64,000 nucleotides of DNA from Omnitrophica WOR_2 bacterium GWF2_43_52 (GTDB lineage: Bacteria; Omnitrophota; Gorgyraeia; Gygaellales; UBA12090). Positions 30,066 through 40,935 of this stretch are shown one piece after another; position 1 is the stretch's first letter; each line of letters starts with the position of its first letter. The DNA lies in contig MHGF01000038.1 in the NCBI GenBank assembly GCA_001805445.1, positions 4,912 through 68,911 on the forward strand, in the 5' to 3' direction. The notes under the pieces were generated by a model. The model saw only the letters and a list, made by a program, of their open reading frames with translations. It was not told the origin of the DNA and ran no database searches. Made by a program: the position numbers and the translations under genes.

Positions 30066-31187
30066 CTATTGTTTGGGAAAGCTTACATTCTTCATTATCC
30101 AGCCTAGTTTTTCCTGAAGGCTGATAAAAGATGGGTTCTGTCCTAGTTTTTGAAGAGCGTAGGGGTAAGACTTATAGATTAAGAAGGAGCTGCTTGCGAG
30201 AAAAAGCGCGATAATCACCACTCTTGGTATGCTAATAATTTGCCGCAGGCTGAATCGCTGGGCTTCATCAAAAGCATTCGTTATTTCTCGACGGGTAAAA
30301 TAGAGAATCCCGAAGAGGCAAAAAGCAAGCGCGTACCAACGCCAGTGAGACGAAGCGTCAAATATTTTCTGCATGCTTTTACTTCCGGGAATTTCTTGAG
30401 GGAATTTTATCTTCCGGCTTTGGTATTCAGGAGGCGCCTCTTGCGAATATTTCTGGGAGGCGATACTCTGGATTTTTCTTCGTAAGGCTATTTCTGCCGC
30501 GGTTTCAAAGAGGCCGAAAGCAAGCAAAATAATCAAAAGTAACCGTGCCCAACGCCGCATATAGAAAACCCCCGCGAGCACTAATAAAAATAAAAACGAT
30601 AGGCTAAACATGGCCAGAGGATTCACTCTAAGGAAAGCACTCCAAGAACCTCCGTATGCTACGATACCACCTAAAGAAGCGGTCATTACCGTGGCATAAC
30701 TAAGCCATAAACACATAAGCTTAATGCCAAATGGCCTACCAAAGCCCGCCCTATTGATTTTACTTACGATAAAATACGGCAGCGATAAAATGATAAACAG
30801 CACTATGGAAAAAACACTCAAGGCAATGCCTAATCTTTTTGCCCCAATTTCCAGTGCCTGCGGGCTGGGGACAGGTTCTTCTGTTTGCGGGAAAGAAGCA
30901 GGCTGCTTCCTGCTGCCGGATTTTATTGGTTTTTTTCGCGGCGTAGCAGGAATTGCAACGGATGACTGCTCAATAAATTTCAATTGTGATTTTGATATCT
31001 TCGTCTTGCTTGTTCCACTTTCCCAATATACCTCAAACCAGACAGACTCAGGGTCTTCTTTGATAACCTTTCCTTCCATGATATTACCGTTTTTAAGATA
31101 AACCTTGTCCGCATGGACAGAAGGACATGCCAGGAATAAAAAAACCATACCCCAAACTATCCTTATGATTCTTGGCATAGTGAACAT
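30066..31187 (-). CDS. Hypothetical membrane protein
   Basis: N-terminal signal/TM followed by several TM helices. No recognised motif. Confidence 0.45.
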   Translation of the reverse strand: MFTMPRIIRIVWGMVFLFLACPSVHADKVYLKNGNIMEGKVIKEDPESVWFEVYWESGTSKTKISKSQLKFIEQSSVAIPATPRKKPIKSGSRKQPASFPQTEEPVPSPQALEIGAKRLGIALSVFSIVLFIILSLPYFIVSKINRAGFGRPFGIKLMCLWLSYATVMTASLGGIVAYGGSWSAFLRVNPLAMFSLSFLFLLVLAGVFYMRRWARLLLIILLAFGLFETAAEIALRRKIQSIASQKYSQEAPPEYQSRKIKFPQEIPGSKSMQKIFDASSHWRWYALAFCLFGILYFTRREITNAFDEAQRFSLRQIISIPRVVIIALFLASSSFLIYKSYPYALQKLGQNPSFISLQEKLGWIMKNVSFPKQ

Positions 31188-31235
31188 GAATGGAGCCCAC
31201 CCGGGCTAAAGCCCGGGGTTCCTTTTTTTCTTGCC

Positions 31236-31310
31236 CCTTCGGGGCAGAATCCCGACCGACTCCATCCGCGGCCTGAAGGCCGCGGTTTTGAAGCGTCGGG
31301 ATAAATCCTG
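31236..31310 (+). ncRNA. Repeat / candidate small structured RNA ending in an intrinsic terminator (copy 2 of a 2-copy family)
   Basis: gccccttcggggc hairpin followed by agaatcccgaccgactccat + ccgcggcc-tgaa-ggccgcgg + ttttgaag. Paralogous to 893-986. Confidence 0.4.
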
Positions 31311-31412
31311 CTGGCCAGTGATGTAACCGCGAATAAAAATAACCCCCTACTTCGAAAAAAGACTCATTATTTCAAAGTACGGGGTTATTAAAAACTACAC
31401 AAATAATTACTG

Positions 31413-31634
31413 CTACGCTGCCTCGACTCGTTTTACCTCCGGAACTTCCTGCTTAATGATACGCTCAACGCCCATTTTAAGGGTCATCGCGCTCATAGGA
31501 CATCCGCCACAAGCACCGGTAAGGCGGATTTTGACTACTCCGTCATCTGTTATATCCACAAGCTCTGCTGAGCCGCCGTCAGCAGCCAGCATTGACCTGA
31601 CTTTTTCAAGTGCCTTGAGAACTTTATCTCTCAT
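31413..31634 (-). CDS. NifU-like (Nfu-type) Fe-S cluster scaffold/carrier protein
   Basis: GGSAELVDITDDGVVKIRLTGACGGCPMSAMTLKMGVE gives the CxxC NifU C-terminal domain. Confidence 0.75.
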   Translation of the reverse strand: MRDKVLKALEKVRSMLAADGGSAELVDITDDGVVKIRLTGACGGCPMSAMTLKMGVERIIKQEVPEVKRVEAA

Positions 31635-31911
31635 GGTAAACCTCCTCAATGCCCGACATAACCTACGCCTGCCTACTGCTTGAGGCAGTAAGCTTTTATT
31701 TTCATAAGAGTGGCATACGTTCCGCCGGAGCTGATCCCGCCGAATGCATTAAAATTATACCGCGTGATATCCCTTCCTATCCTAAAAGGAAGAGGTTTAT
31801 CCCAAGAGAATTTTAGTGCGGCTTAGGTGACGGGATATTCATTGTATCTACTCTTAAAATTTATGCTCTTACTAATATCATACCCCACAATTACTTTTTC
31901 GGCAAGGATTT

Positions 31912-32637
31912 CTATTTTCTCTGCCGGCATACTTCATAGCAAACAATTCCTGAGGCGATAGCAGCATTAAATGATAACGCTGCCCCCTTGGCAGGGATGG
32001 TAAAGGTAACATCAAGTTGCTTTAATAAGCCGTGGCGGATGCCTTTTGCTTCTGAACCAATAACTAAGCCCAAAGGGAAGGTAAAATGTACTTTCGGTAA
32101 AGCCTGGCCGCCACCAACCATTGCGCCCGCGATAGAGTATCCACACTGCTTTGCCTCATTTATTGCCGATGACAAATTCGTTACCTGCGTAATAGAAACA
32201 TAGTTTTCACCACCTGAGGCAACACGCAATACCGCCTCAGTAATCTCTACAGAATCATGCTTCGGTAATACTATGGCAAAACCACCGAAGCAGGCCGCGC
32301 TGCGGAGGATACTTCCGAAATTCTGCGGGTCATTGAGGCTATCCAGGAAAATAAGTGTAGGGAGTTTTTCTTGCGGCAGAGAAAGGATAGCATCGAGTGT
32401 CGTATAGTAAAACTTCTCCACATCAGCGATAATCCCTTGGGCGCGGATATTTCTTGAAATCTTCTCAAAGTCCCTTTCCGAAAGATAACGAATAGGAATA
32501 CGCTTTAACTTACAAAGCTGCTCTAGCCCTTTTACATCCTGGCTCTTATCAATAAGAACATGATGTATCGTCTCTGGATTTACCTTGAGGCGTTCAGAAA
32601 CGGAATTCCTGCCATATAATCGAAAAAACTGTCCCAT
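31912..32637 (-). CDS. SpoU/TrmH-family RNA 2'-O-methyltransferase (RlmB-like)
   Basis: LDSLNDPQNFGSILRSAACFG...GSEAKGIR...ALSFNAAIASGIVCYE are SPOUT motifs. Confidence 0.8.
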   Translation of the reverse strand: MGQFFRLYGRNSVSERLKVNPETIHHVLIDKSQDVKGLEQLCKLKRIPIRYLSERDFEKISRNIRAQGIIADVEKFYYTTLDAILSLPQEKLPTLIFLDSLNDPQNFGSILRSAACFGGFAIVLPKHDSVEITEAVLRVASGGENYVSITQVTNLSSAINEAKQCGYSIAGAMVGGGQALPKVHFTFPLGLVIGSEAKGIRHGLLKQLDVTFTIPAKGAALSFNAAIASGIVCYEVCRQRK

Positions 32638-32855
32638 AGTGCTCCGTCAAATTAATTCTTATGGATAGGCGGAATTTGACTCCGCACTTCCGCTATGGGG
32701 GCAAGCCCCCCTTCGGCGCTCTCCGCCTACGGCGGATCGCTGAGCACCCCCCAATCGCGGGGAAAATATTTCCCCGCGCCCCTTTTCGTACACCGTCACA
32801 CTAATAAAAACTAATTTGATGGTGTACGAGTGCTCCGTTAACTTAATTTTTATGG
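32638..32855. repeat. GC-rich multi-hairpin element bounded by 27-bp direct repeats (agtgctccgtcaaattaattcttatgg / agtgctccgttaacttaatttttatgg). A third copy of the 27-mer lies at 15757-15783
   Basis: The hairpins are gggggcaagccccc, ccgcctacggcgg, cgcggggaaaatatttccccgcg and cgtacacc...ggtgtacg. The motif abuts the rlmB start codon and, at 15757, the azoR pseudogene fragment. Confidence 0.55.
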
Positions 32856-32897
32856 GTAAAGCGAAAGTGCCTCAACTATAACCGTAGAAGTGTATGC

Positions 32898-33137
32898 TTA
32901 CTCTAAAATATCTCCAACGATAGAGTCTATAATGACTCCTGCTTTTTTTAAAAACTCAATCCCCTTATCTAAATCCTGTTCTTTGCCCTCCAACTCCAAT
33001 ACTAATTCTCCAACAGTTTCAGTAACCTTTGCCCGGCGGATATTAGGCAAAATGTTATACTTTTTTGCCATCTGAAAGGTAAGCGGCTCTTTGACCAAAT
33101 CTTGCGGAAAGGTAAGTTTTATCACTCGTTTTGCCAT
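32898..33137 (-). CDS. NIL-domain protein (stand-alone)
   Basis: 79 aa. It resembles the C-terminal NIL domain of MetN and NIL-ferredoxin proteins linked to sulfur amino-acid metabolism. Confidence 0.5.
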   Translation of the reverse strand: MAKRVIKLTFPQDLVKEPLTFQMAKKYNILPNIRRAKVTETVGELVLELEGKEQDLDKGIEFLKKAGVIIDSIVGDILE

Positions 33138-33254
33138 TTATTTTTCTCCTTTACACAAGCACAGATGCGCGCGGATGAAAAGATACAGATAATCACAGAT
33201 ATATGCTATCTGCGATCATCCACGGTTTTAAATCTGCAAGTATCTGCGCATTTT

Positions 33255-34079
33255 TTATTTTACGGAACAATCACGATTTGCCTTTATACTACAGAATTCC
33301 TGATAATCAATCAACTTGGTAATTTTGGGATGTGTAGAGCACACCAGGCAATCCTTATCTTTAGGGACCTTTACGGCCCTAAAAGTTGAATCTAAGGCGT
33401 TGAATATGAGAAGCCTTCCTGCCAAAAGATTTCCTGCCTGCAGGATAAATTTCAATACCTCATTTGCCTGTAAAACCCCTAATACCCCTGCGACCGCTCC
33501 TAAAATTCCGCCCTCCTGACAACTGGGCACTGCCCCCGGAGGTGGAGGCTCAGGGAATAAACACCTATAGCACGGGCCTACTCCCGGGACAATAGTCATA
33601 ATCTGCCCGTCAAAACGGAATATCCCGGCGTGCACCAAAGGTTTTTTGGCAATCACGCAGGCGTCATTTACCAGGTAGCGGGTAGGAAAATTATCCGAGC
33701 CATCCACCACAATATCATAATCCTTGATAATATCCAAAATATTGCTTGAATCTAACCGCACATGGTGGGTTATCACGTGTACATCCGGATTCAGCGCTTT
33801 AAGCCGCGCTTTCCCGGATTCAACTTTTGGGGTTCCTACACTCTCGGTAGTATGCAGGATTTGCCTTTGCAGGTTATTTAATTCTACATTATCAGAATCA
33901 ACGATACCAATCGTCCCCACCCCCGCGGCCGCCAGATAAAAATCACAGGGCGCGCCAAGCCCCCCGGTACCAATTACCAAAACCTTTGCTTTTAAAATCT
34001 TATCCTGCCCCTTGCCTCCGACATTCGGCAGTATTATCTGCCGGGAATATCTTTCTATTTGCTCATTAGTTAAAGCCAT
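33255..34079 (-). CDS. ThiF/MoeB/MoeZ-family E1-like adenylyltransferase for a sulfur-carrier protein (no rhodanese domain)
   Basis: [63 protein letters not shown] is the E1 nucleotide-binding motif. CYRC...CLVC form the zinc knuckle. Its start overlaps the end of the carrier gene. Confidence 0.85.
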   Translation of the reverse strand: MALTNEQIERYSRQIILPNVGGKGQDKILKAKVLVIGTGGLGAPCDFYLAAAGVGTIGIVDSDNVELNNLQRQILHTTESVGTPKVESGKARLKALNPDVHVITHHVRLDSSNILDIIKDYDIVVDGSDNFPTRYLVNDACVIAKKPLVHAGIFRFDGQIMTIVPGVGPCYRCLFPEPPPPGAVPSCQEGGILGAVAGVLGVLQANEVLKFILQAGNLLAGRLLIFNALDSTFRAVKVPKDKDCLVCSTHPKITKLIDYQEFCSIKANRDCSVK

Positions 34080-34450
34080 ATCTGGAACTCCTTTGACTCG
34101 TTCGTCACTACGTTTCTCACTCGCTCAGGATGGTTCAACTCAACAATGGTGAGCGAGCGCAAGCGAGTCGAACTACCCCCTGCAATCGCGGGAATTATTG
34201 ATACTTCATTTCCCTCAGAAAGTGCCGTCTCGTCCTGTTTCAGGAAACGAATATCCTCATCGTTCACATAGAAATTAATAAATCTTCTGATTTTTCCGCT
34301 TTCATCCAAAAGCCTTTCCTTAATTCCCGGAAATTGCTTTTCCAAATCCACAATTAATTCCCTGATATTTCCTGCCTCTGCCGTTACCTCTTGCTTATTC
34401 TGAGCAATCTTCTGCAGTGGAGCCGGAATCCTCACCTTTACTTTAGCCAT
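34070..34450 (-). CDS. CysO/MoaD-like ubiquitin-like sulfur-carrier protein with a 34-aa C-terminal extension after the GG
   Basis: [14 protein letters not shown]...[11 protein letters not shown] closely parallels M. tuberculosis CysO (RFVNIYVNDEDVRF...SVTILPAVAGG). The ORF then continues [34 protein letters not shown] before the stop. Confidence 0.75.
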   Translation of the reverse strand: MAKVKVRIPAPLQKIAQNKQEVTAEAGNIRELIVDLEKQFPGIKERLLDESGKIRRFINFYVNDEDIRFLKQDETALSEGNEVSIIPAIAGGSSTRLRSLTIVELNHPERVRNVVTNESKEFQIWL

Positions 34451-34594
34451 TTCACCCTCCTGTTAACTATCAATAAGTGTGGGTCAATAGTCTATAGCCG
34501 ATAGTCTATCCTTTAGTTTTTCTATTGACCATCGACTATCGACCTTCAAATATCATCTACAACGTATAATTTATAACTCATAACTTCTCGCTTC

Positions 34595-35869
34595 TTATAT
34601 ATAATACTCAATCACCTTGTTCTGCGCTATTTTCTGCTTCTCGCCATTTTTGAAATGCTCCTCAAAGCCGGCTAAATTCGGTTTAATCTTAATCAACTTA
34701 GGCAATGACTTTGTAACCACCTCCTGAGTTTTTAAGCCATTTCCGGTAATGCAGATTACAATTGATTCATCAGAGGGTATCACCTTACTTTCAATAAGCT
34801 TTTTGGTTACCGCCAAGGTCACCCCTCCCGCAGTTTCCGTAAATATCCCTTCGGCCTTTGCCAATAATTTTATCGCCTCAATGATTTCCTCATCTGACGC
34901 CTCTTCTGCCCAACCTTTGGATTTACGCACCGTATCCACCGCGTAATAGCCATCCGCGGGATTACCGATAGCCAAGGATTTGGCTATGGTTTTTGGTTTC
35001 ACCGGACGGATAACATCGGATTTCTCTTTTATGGCAGTTACAATTGGCGCGCAGCCTTGGCCTTGGGCGCAATATACCTTGGTAGCAACCTTGTCCACAA
35101 ACCCTAACTTCTCCAATTCCTTAAAGCTTTTCCATATCTTGGTAATCAATGAACCGCCTGCTGACGGCACCACAATATGTTTGGGCAATTTCCAGTCAAG
35201 CTGTTCGGCAATTTCATACCCCATTGATTTTGAACCTTCCGCGTAATAAGGGCGGATATTAATATTCACAAATGCCCAGCGGTATTTAGAAGCGATTTCT
35301 GAACAAAGCCGATTTACCTCATCATAATTTCCTTCAATGCCGATAAGATAAGGATTATAAATAAGCGAGGCCACTACCTTTCCCGCTTCAAGGTCAGCAG
35401 GGATAAAGATAAATGCCCGCAGGCCACACAATGCCGCCTGGGCAGAAACCGAATTTGCCAGATTTCCCGTTGACGCGCAAGCCACCGTATCAAAACCGAA
35501 TTCTTTGGCCTTGGAAACAGCAACCGAAACTACTCTATCCTTAAATGACAGCGTAGGATGATTCACCGAATCGTCTTTAAGATAAAGTTCTTTTACACCC
35601 AAAACCTTCGCTAAATTATTCGCTTTTATTAACGGGGTAAATCCTGATGCTATACCGACGGCAGGTTCTTTATCTATCGGTAAAAGCTCTTTATAACGCC
35701 ACATCGTCTTAGGACGGTCTTTTAATGCCTCTTTGGTGAAGCTCTTTTTAATCTTTGAATAATCATAATCGACCTCCAAAGAGCCAAAACAATATTCGCA
35801 GACGAATAAGACATCTTTAGGATACTCACGTCCGCATTCCCGACATCTTAAGCCTAATACATAGCTCAT
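34595..35869 (-). CDS. Threonine-synthase-family PLP enzyme with N-terminal zinc ribbon (ThrC, or a MetM-like O-phosphohomoserine-dependent homocysteine synthase)
   Basis: CRECGREY...CEYC zinc ribbon and SFKDRV PLP-lysine motif. It lies adjacent to the CysO-like carrier and E1, as in carrier-protein-dependent Met biosynthesis. Confidence 0.75.
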   Translation of the reverse strand: MSYVLGLRCRECGREYPKDVLFVCEYCFGSLEVDYDYSKIKKSFTKEALKDRPKTMWRYKELLPIDKEPAVGIASGFTPLIKANNLAKVLGVKELYLKDDSVNHPTLSFKDRVVSVAVSKAKEFGFDTVACASTGNLANSVSAQAALCGLRAFIFIPADLEAGKVVASLIYNPYLIGIEGNYDEVNRLCSEIASKYRWAFVNINIRPYYAEGSKSMGYEIAEQLDWKLPKHIVVPSAGGSLITKIWKSFKELEKLGFVDKVATKVYCAQGQGCAPIVTAIKEKSDVIRPVKPKTIAKSLAIGNPADGYYAVDTVRKSKGWAEEASDEEIIEAIKLLAKAEGIFTETAGGVTLAVTKKLIESKVIPSDESIVICITGNGLKTQEVVTKSLPKLIKIKPNLAGFEEHFKNGEKQKIAQNKVIEYYI

Positions 35870-35966
35870 CAGGTCTCCCTATGTTAAAAATAATGTTTCG
35901 TGTACCGTTTACCATATCGGTACACGGTAAGCGGTACACGGTACACGCAACAATTATTCTTACGTA

Positions 35967-38390
35967 TTAACTATCAACCCATTTCTTCACTAATACCTTA
36001 TAATACCCATCAACTTTTTTTATCTCTAAAATCTCCTGGCCGTCGTTTTTTAAACTCACAGGGACATTTTGAATCGGCTCTCCTTCATCCAGGCATATCT
36101 CGATGACGTGGCCGATTTTCACATTCTCTAAATATACCTTCGCCTGGACATAATTCATCGGGCAACGTACGCCTCTTAAATTTAACGTTACCGCGGACGC
36201 GCTTTCCTCAGCCTTTACCTGGGGTGCGGGAATTTTCGGGGTAAATTTAAAGGCGCTATCCATATTCTTATAGGCATCCTTGAGCTCACCGAGCAACACG
36301 TGCGCATAGTCGTATAATTCTTTCAAGCGCCCTTTACCGAGGCTACCAGCATTCAGTTCCCAGGCTTTTTCGGTGATATCGTTAAATACCTCCGACACAA
36401 TACCACCTGAGACAAGCCTTTCCTTAAAATAGCGTAATGCCTCTAAATCATTTTTCGGCTCTAAACCAAAGGCAACCAGCAGGCTCCGGCTTGAAAAGCT
36501 TAAAACCCTATACAATTCCTTGGTTATCAGGCCTAAAGACTCCGAGTCAAAATACTCCTTGGCTGCTTTGAGAGAATACCCCGCATCTGCTAAATCCGCT
36601 TCCATCATATCTAAGACGCCAGCCCCGCACTCACCGGGGCCAATACCTGCCAAAGAAAACTCTTCTTCTTTACCCCAGTCAAAATAATACTCTTTATTTT
36701 CCGCGTATGAGGGGCACTTCTCATACTTTTTAGCTAAATCTGCCGCCTCCTGGTAGCCGCGACGCTCTAAATAAGCGTAAAAATCTTCATTGCTATTCTT
36801 ATCGGAAATATACCCTTTCAGAAAGTCTCGCACTATATTCGGAATATCCTTTGCCGGAATAAAAGCGCATTCTTTGGCTAGCGCGGCATCATCTATCCCT
36901 ACCTTACCCCCTAAAAGCATACGGTAAAATGGTACGGAACGGTTATCAAAACGCCTGCTTGCCCCGTAAAAGCTAATCTTTCCTATCGGATGCTGGCCGC
37001 AGGAATTAGGGCAGCCGCTGATTTTAATGTTAAGTTCGGATAATTCCTTTATCCGGTTAAATCCCTCTTTATGTATCATCGCTTCAAGGGCCGCGGCAAG
37101 CCCGCGGGAATTGCAAATTCCCAAATTACAGGTTGCGGCCCCCGTGCAGGAAACAATATCTTCTATTGACTCGGCTTTGCCGGAGACTAACCCTAACTCC
37201 TTTAAACCATAATACACTTCCCCTAATTCCTCTTGGCGGATATAGGGGATAATGATATTCTGATAACTCGTGGTGCGAATCTGCCCCTTATTTAATTTTT
37301 TAAGCAAGCCGCACAATTTTTCTAAAGTATCAGAGCTTATATCTCCCAGCTCCAGGCGGATATGCGCGTAATAATACTCCGGCTGCCTGTGGCTTTGGCT
37401 ATGGCTTTGGCTATCGGAAGCCAAACCACTGCCCTCTGGCCTGTGGCTAAAAACATTTTCCGCGCGCCACTCTTTAAAGCCTTCATCATTGAACACATCT
37501 TTTTGCCCCGCGGTGCTTTTCTTTTGCAGCTCATCCGTATCAGACACAAATTCCAAAGGCTTAATGTTTTCTTGGCGCACTTGCGTTAATTCTTCTTTGT
37601 ATCTTTGCATAAACTCTTCTTTCCCAATCCGCTCAACCAAGAAGCGTAAGCGCGCCTTATGCCTGTTCTTTCTCTCTCCGTATTTATCAAACACTCTAAT
37701 GACCGCTTCGCTGACATACACACAATCGCCTACGGGGATAAACTCCTCAATGCAGAAACCGATCATGGAAGAAAAGCCCATGCCGCCTCCGGAGAAAACC
37801 TTAAAGCCGCGAGCGCCGTTCTTTTTTACCGCCACAAACCCCAAGTCGTTGATTTTTGACAAAGCGCAACATTCCGGGCAGCCGTCAAAAATAATTTTAA
37901 ACTTACGCGGCAGGTTATAATTACGCGGATTTTTCAACAAATAGCCGCTTAAGGCCGCGGAATAACTACTAGTATCAAAAACTTCCTTGGGACAAATTCC
38001 GGAAAGAGGACAATTCATTATGTTGCGTACGGTATTTCCCCCACCGCCGCGAGGGCTAAGCTCAACCTCTGCTAGTTCCCGAATCGCCTTAATCGTATCT
38101 TCTATCTTAACATTATGAATCTGTATGTCCTGGCGCGTAGTAACATGCAAATTGCCTGTGCCATATTTTCTCGCGCAATGGGCTAATTTCTCTAATTGAT
38201 GCACATATGCCTTGCCCGCGATAATGCGCACCCGTACCATAAAAAGCTTTTCTTTACGCTGCCCGTACATGCCGCGGGGGACTCTCATGGGGCGGAATTT
38301 TGCCGCGCTGATTTCGCCGGCTAAGTATCCCTGCAGGTTATTGGCGTAATGTTCCATATCGTCTATAATTTCTTGGGGTAACTTAAACAT
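35967..38390 (-). CDS. Siroheme/[4Fe-4S] nitrite-sulfite reductase-family protein fused to a C-terminal TusA-like sulfurtransferase domain
   Basis: CTGAATCNLGIC...SGCPNSCGQHPIG is the siroheme-4Fe4S cysteine cluster. C-terminal LNLRGVRCPMNYVQAKVYL gives the TusA CPxP motif. An internal low-complexity insert SDSQSHSQSH is present. Confidence 0.8.
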   Translation of the reverse strand: MFKLPQEIIDDMEHYANNLQGYLAGEISAAKFRPMRVPRGMYGQRKEKLFMVRVRIIAGKAYVHQLEKLAHCARKYGTGNLHVTTRQDIQIHNVKIEDTIKAIRELAEVELSPRGGGGNTVRNIMNCPLSGICPKEVFDTSSYSAALSGYLLKNPRNYNLPRKFKIIFDGCPECCALSKINDLGFVAVKKNGARGFKVFSGGGMGFSSMIGFCIEEFIPVGDCVYVSEAVIRVFDKYGERKNRHKARLRFLVERIGKEEFMQRYKEELTQVRQENIKPLEFVSDTDELQKKSTAGQKDVFNDEGFKEWRAENVFSHRPEGSGLASDSQSHSQSHRQPEYYYAHIRLELGDISSDTLEKLCGLLKKLNKGQIRTTSYQNIIIPYIRQEELGEVYYGLKELGLVSGKAESIEDIVSCTGAATCNLGICNSRGLAAALEAMIHKEGFNRIKELSELNIKISGCPNSCGQHPIGKISFYGASRRFDNRSVPFYRMLLGGKVGIDDAALAKECAFIPAKDIPNIVRDFLKGYISDKNSNEDFYAYLERRGYQEAADLAKKYEKCPSYAENKEYYFDWGKEEEFSLAGIGPGECGAGVLDMMEADLADAGYSLKAAKEYFDSESLGLITKELYRVLSFSSRSLLVAFGLEPKNDLEALRYFKERLVSGGIVSEVFNDITEKAWELNAGSLGKGRLKELYDYAHVLLGELKDAYKNMDSAFKFTPKIPAPQVKAEESASAVTLNLRGVRCPMNYVQAKVYLENVKIGHVIEICLDEGEPIQNVPVSLKNDGQEILEIKKVDGYYKVLVKKWVDS

Positions 38391-38515
38391 CTATCTCCTC
38401 TTAAAAGTAAATAATCGCAAGTCTCTAGTCTATAGACGATAGCCATGGTTTCTTTCTTTTATTGACTATCGGCCATCGACTATTGACCCTTCATTATTTT
38501 CTCCTTAACGCGGTT

Positions 38516-39646
38516 TTACAGCTCAAAATACTGCTGCATGCTGGCATAGCGCTCTCCGGTATCTGGTAACACAGTCACTACCGTTTTCCCTTTGCCTAAT
38601 GCTTTAGCAACTTGTAAAGCGACAAATGCCGCGGCACCGCTTGAGATACCTACAAATAATCCCTCTTCCCTCGCAAGCCTGCGGGAGGCCCTATACGCGT
38701 CATTATCAGACACCTTCACTATTTCATCGATTATTTTTAGGTTTAATATATCCGGCACAAACCCCGCTCCAATGCCTTGTATCTTATGCGGCCCAGGTTT
38801 GCCTCCGGAAAGCACAGGAGACGCCTCCGGCTCAACAGCGATAACCCTTACCTTTGGATTAATCTCCTTTAAAACCTCACCTACCCCTGTTATGGTCCCT
38901 CCGGTACCTACGCCTGCCACAAATCCATCGATTTTTTCTCCTACGGCATCAAGAATTTCCTTTGCGGTAGTCTCCCGATGAATTTTTGGATTCGCGGGAT
39001 TTTTGAACTGCTGAGGCATAAAACTGTGTGGGGTATTTTTAAGAATCTCTTCAGCCTTTTTTATTGCTCCGCTCATCCCCTCAATGCCCGGGGTAAGCAC
39101 CACCTCAGCGCCTAATGCCTTTAAAATGTAAATCCTTTCGACTGACATAGTCTCCGGCATAGTAAGCACTACATGGTAGCCTTTGACCGCGCCCACCATA
39201 GCCAAACCTATCCCGGTATTGCCTGAAGTCGGCTCAACAATCGTTGAACCCTCCTTAAGGAGCCCTTGCCTTTCCGCTTCCATAACCATTGACAGGCAAA
39301 TCCTGTCCTTAACTGAGCCGCCCGGATTAAATTGTTCTAACTTCGCATAAATAGCCGCAGAATCTTTTTCAACTATACGGTTAAACTTCACCATCGGGGT
39401 ATTACAAATAAGCTCTAAGACATTATTGGCTAATTTCGGGGACGAACCACCGCCCATAAAGAAAACCAATTCTATCCTATCGTTATCTTTTATGACACTT
39501 TTTAGAAATTCCTCACGGGCGAGTATTGTATCATTATGCTCTACCGTCACCACTTCCGGCCGGATATTTTTTTTCTTGAGTAACTCCGCGACAGAAATTC
39601 CTTCAACTAACTCTTCTTTTTTGCCATTAAGCGTTATCGTCATCAT
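38516..39646 (-). CDS. ThiS-like ubiquitin-like domain (ending GGG) fused in-frame to cysteine synthase (CysK/CysM, PLP)
   Basis: N-terminal 67 aa [23 protein letters not shown]...[14 protein letters not shown] are ThiS-like (compare B. subtilis ThiS ...IEIVHFVGGG). They run straight into NTPMVKF...[10 protein letters not shown], the cysteine synthase PLP-lysine motif. Confidence 0.8.
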   Translation of the reverse strand: MMTITLNGKKEELVEGISVAELLKKKNIRPEVVTVEHNDTILAREEFLKSVIKDNDRIELVFFMGGGSSPKLANNVLELICNTPMVKFNRIVEKDSAAIYAKLEQFNPGGSVKDRICLSMVMEAERQGLLKEGSTIVEPTSGNTGIGLAMVGAVKGYHVVLTMPETMSVERIYILKALGAEVVLTPGIEGMSGAIKKAEEILKNTPHSFMPQQFKNPANPKIHRETTAKEILDAVGEKIDGFVAGVGTGGTITGVGEVLKEINPKVRVIAVEPEASPVLSGGKPGPHKIQGIGAGFVPDILNLKIIDEIVKVSDNDAYRASRRLAREEGLFVGISSGAAAFVALQVAKALGKGKTVVTVLPDTGERYASMQQYFEL

Positions 39647-39663
39647 CGCCGCTCCTTTTTTCC

Positions 39664-40935
39664 TTAATGTAATGCCTTGAGCGCATCATCTATTGTGTTA
39701 ACCGTATATCCCAAGTCTTTATCTGTGTGTACCGCTGAAATAAAACATACCTCATCCGGCGCAGGCGAAAGATACACGCCTTTTGATAATACTGAATGAA
39801 AAAATGAGGCAAATTTACTTTTATCCTGAAACCCAAAATGAAACATCGGGCCAAAATGGTTTAAGCGCGCCGAAACGCCGCTCTTTCGTAGTATCTTTTC
39901 TAACTCCTTATAAAATGCCTCACTTTTCTGGTTAAGCTTTTTATAGAAGTCTTTTGCCCTAAGCATTGTAAACGTAGCAAGCCCCGCGCTTACCGCCACC
40001 GGATTTCCCGATAACGTCCCTGCCTGATACACGCTGCCTAAGGGCGCGACCATCTCCATTATTTCCTTCTTTCCGCCAAATGCGGCCAGAGGAAACCCTC
40101 CGCCGGCAATCTTGCCCAAGCAGGTCAGGTCAGGTTTAATCTTAAAAGCCTTCTGTATACCTCCAAAGCAAAAACGAAAACCGGTAATTACTTCATCAAA
40201 TATAAGCAAGGCCCCGCATTGCTTAGTTATTTTGCGCAGGCCTGCCAGAAAGCCTTTTTCTGGCAGGATCAAGCCGGTATTGGCGGCAATCGGCTCGACA
40301 ATCACACAGGCAATATCGTTATCCCGGGAAAAGGCGTCCTGAACCTGTTCTAAATTGTTATAATCAAGCTCTATTACATTTTCCTCAAGATTCTTCGGAA
40401 TGCCCGCGCTTCGTCCGCTTAAGAAAAAATCGCTATGTCCGTGATAACATTCCTTGAATTTGACGATTTTATTTTTCTTGGTATATGCCCTTGCCAAACG
40501 GATAACTGACATTGCCGCTTCTGTGCCGGAACTTACTACACGCGCCAATTCTATGGATGGAATTGCCTGAATAATACGTTTGGCAAATTCTATCTCAAGT
40601 TTCGTCGCCGCGCCATAGCTGGTGCCTTTTTCTACCGCTTTCTTAACGCAGGCAACAACTCGAGAGTTACTATGGCCCAAAAGTAACGCCCCCCAGGACA
40701 TACAATAATCTATGTAGGTTTTACCGTCTTCACCGATGAATTTTGAGCCTGAAGCTCTCTTCACAAATACAGGAGAACCACCCACCGATTTAAAAGAACG
40801 CACAGGGCTGTTGACCCCGCCGGGGATGTATTTTTGAGCCTCTGCAAACAATCGATCATTGGTGTGCCGGTATGCCGGTGTGCCGGTATGCCGGCTAAAC
40901 TGGCTGACTCGTAAACCCGCTAACTGGTTAACCAT
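39664..40935 (-). CDS. hemL: Glutamate-1-semialdehyde 2,1-aminomutase
   Basis: [13 protein letters not shown]...[15 protein letters not shown]...[16 protein letters not shown]. Start taken at MVNQ. The N-terminus carries a 16-nt x2 tandem repeat. Confidence 0.85.
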   Translation of the reverse strand: MVNQLAGLRVSQFSRHTGTPAYRHTNDRLFAEAQKYIPGGVNSPVRSFKSVGGSPVFVKRASGSKFIGEDGKTYIDYCMSWGALLLGHSNSRVVACVKKAVEKGTSYGAATKLEIEFAKRIIQAIPSIELARVVSSGTEAAMSVIRLARAYTKKNKIVKFKECYHGHSDFFLSGRSAGIPKNLEENVIELDYNNLEQVQDAFSRDNDIACVIVEPIAANTGLILPEKGFLAGLRKITKQCGALLIFDEVITGFRFCFGGIQKAFKIKPDLTCLGKIAGGGFPLAAFGGKKEIMEMVAPLGSVYQAGTLSGNPVAVSAGLATFTMLRAKDFYKKLNQKSEAFYKELEKILRKSGVSARLNHFGPMFHFGFQDKSKFASFFHSVLSKGVYLSPAPDEVCFISAVHTDKDLGYTVNTIDDALKALH

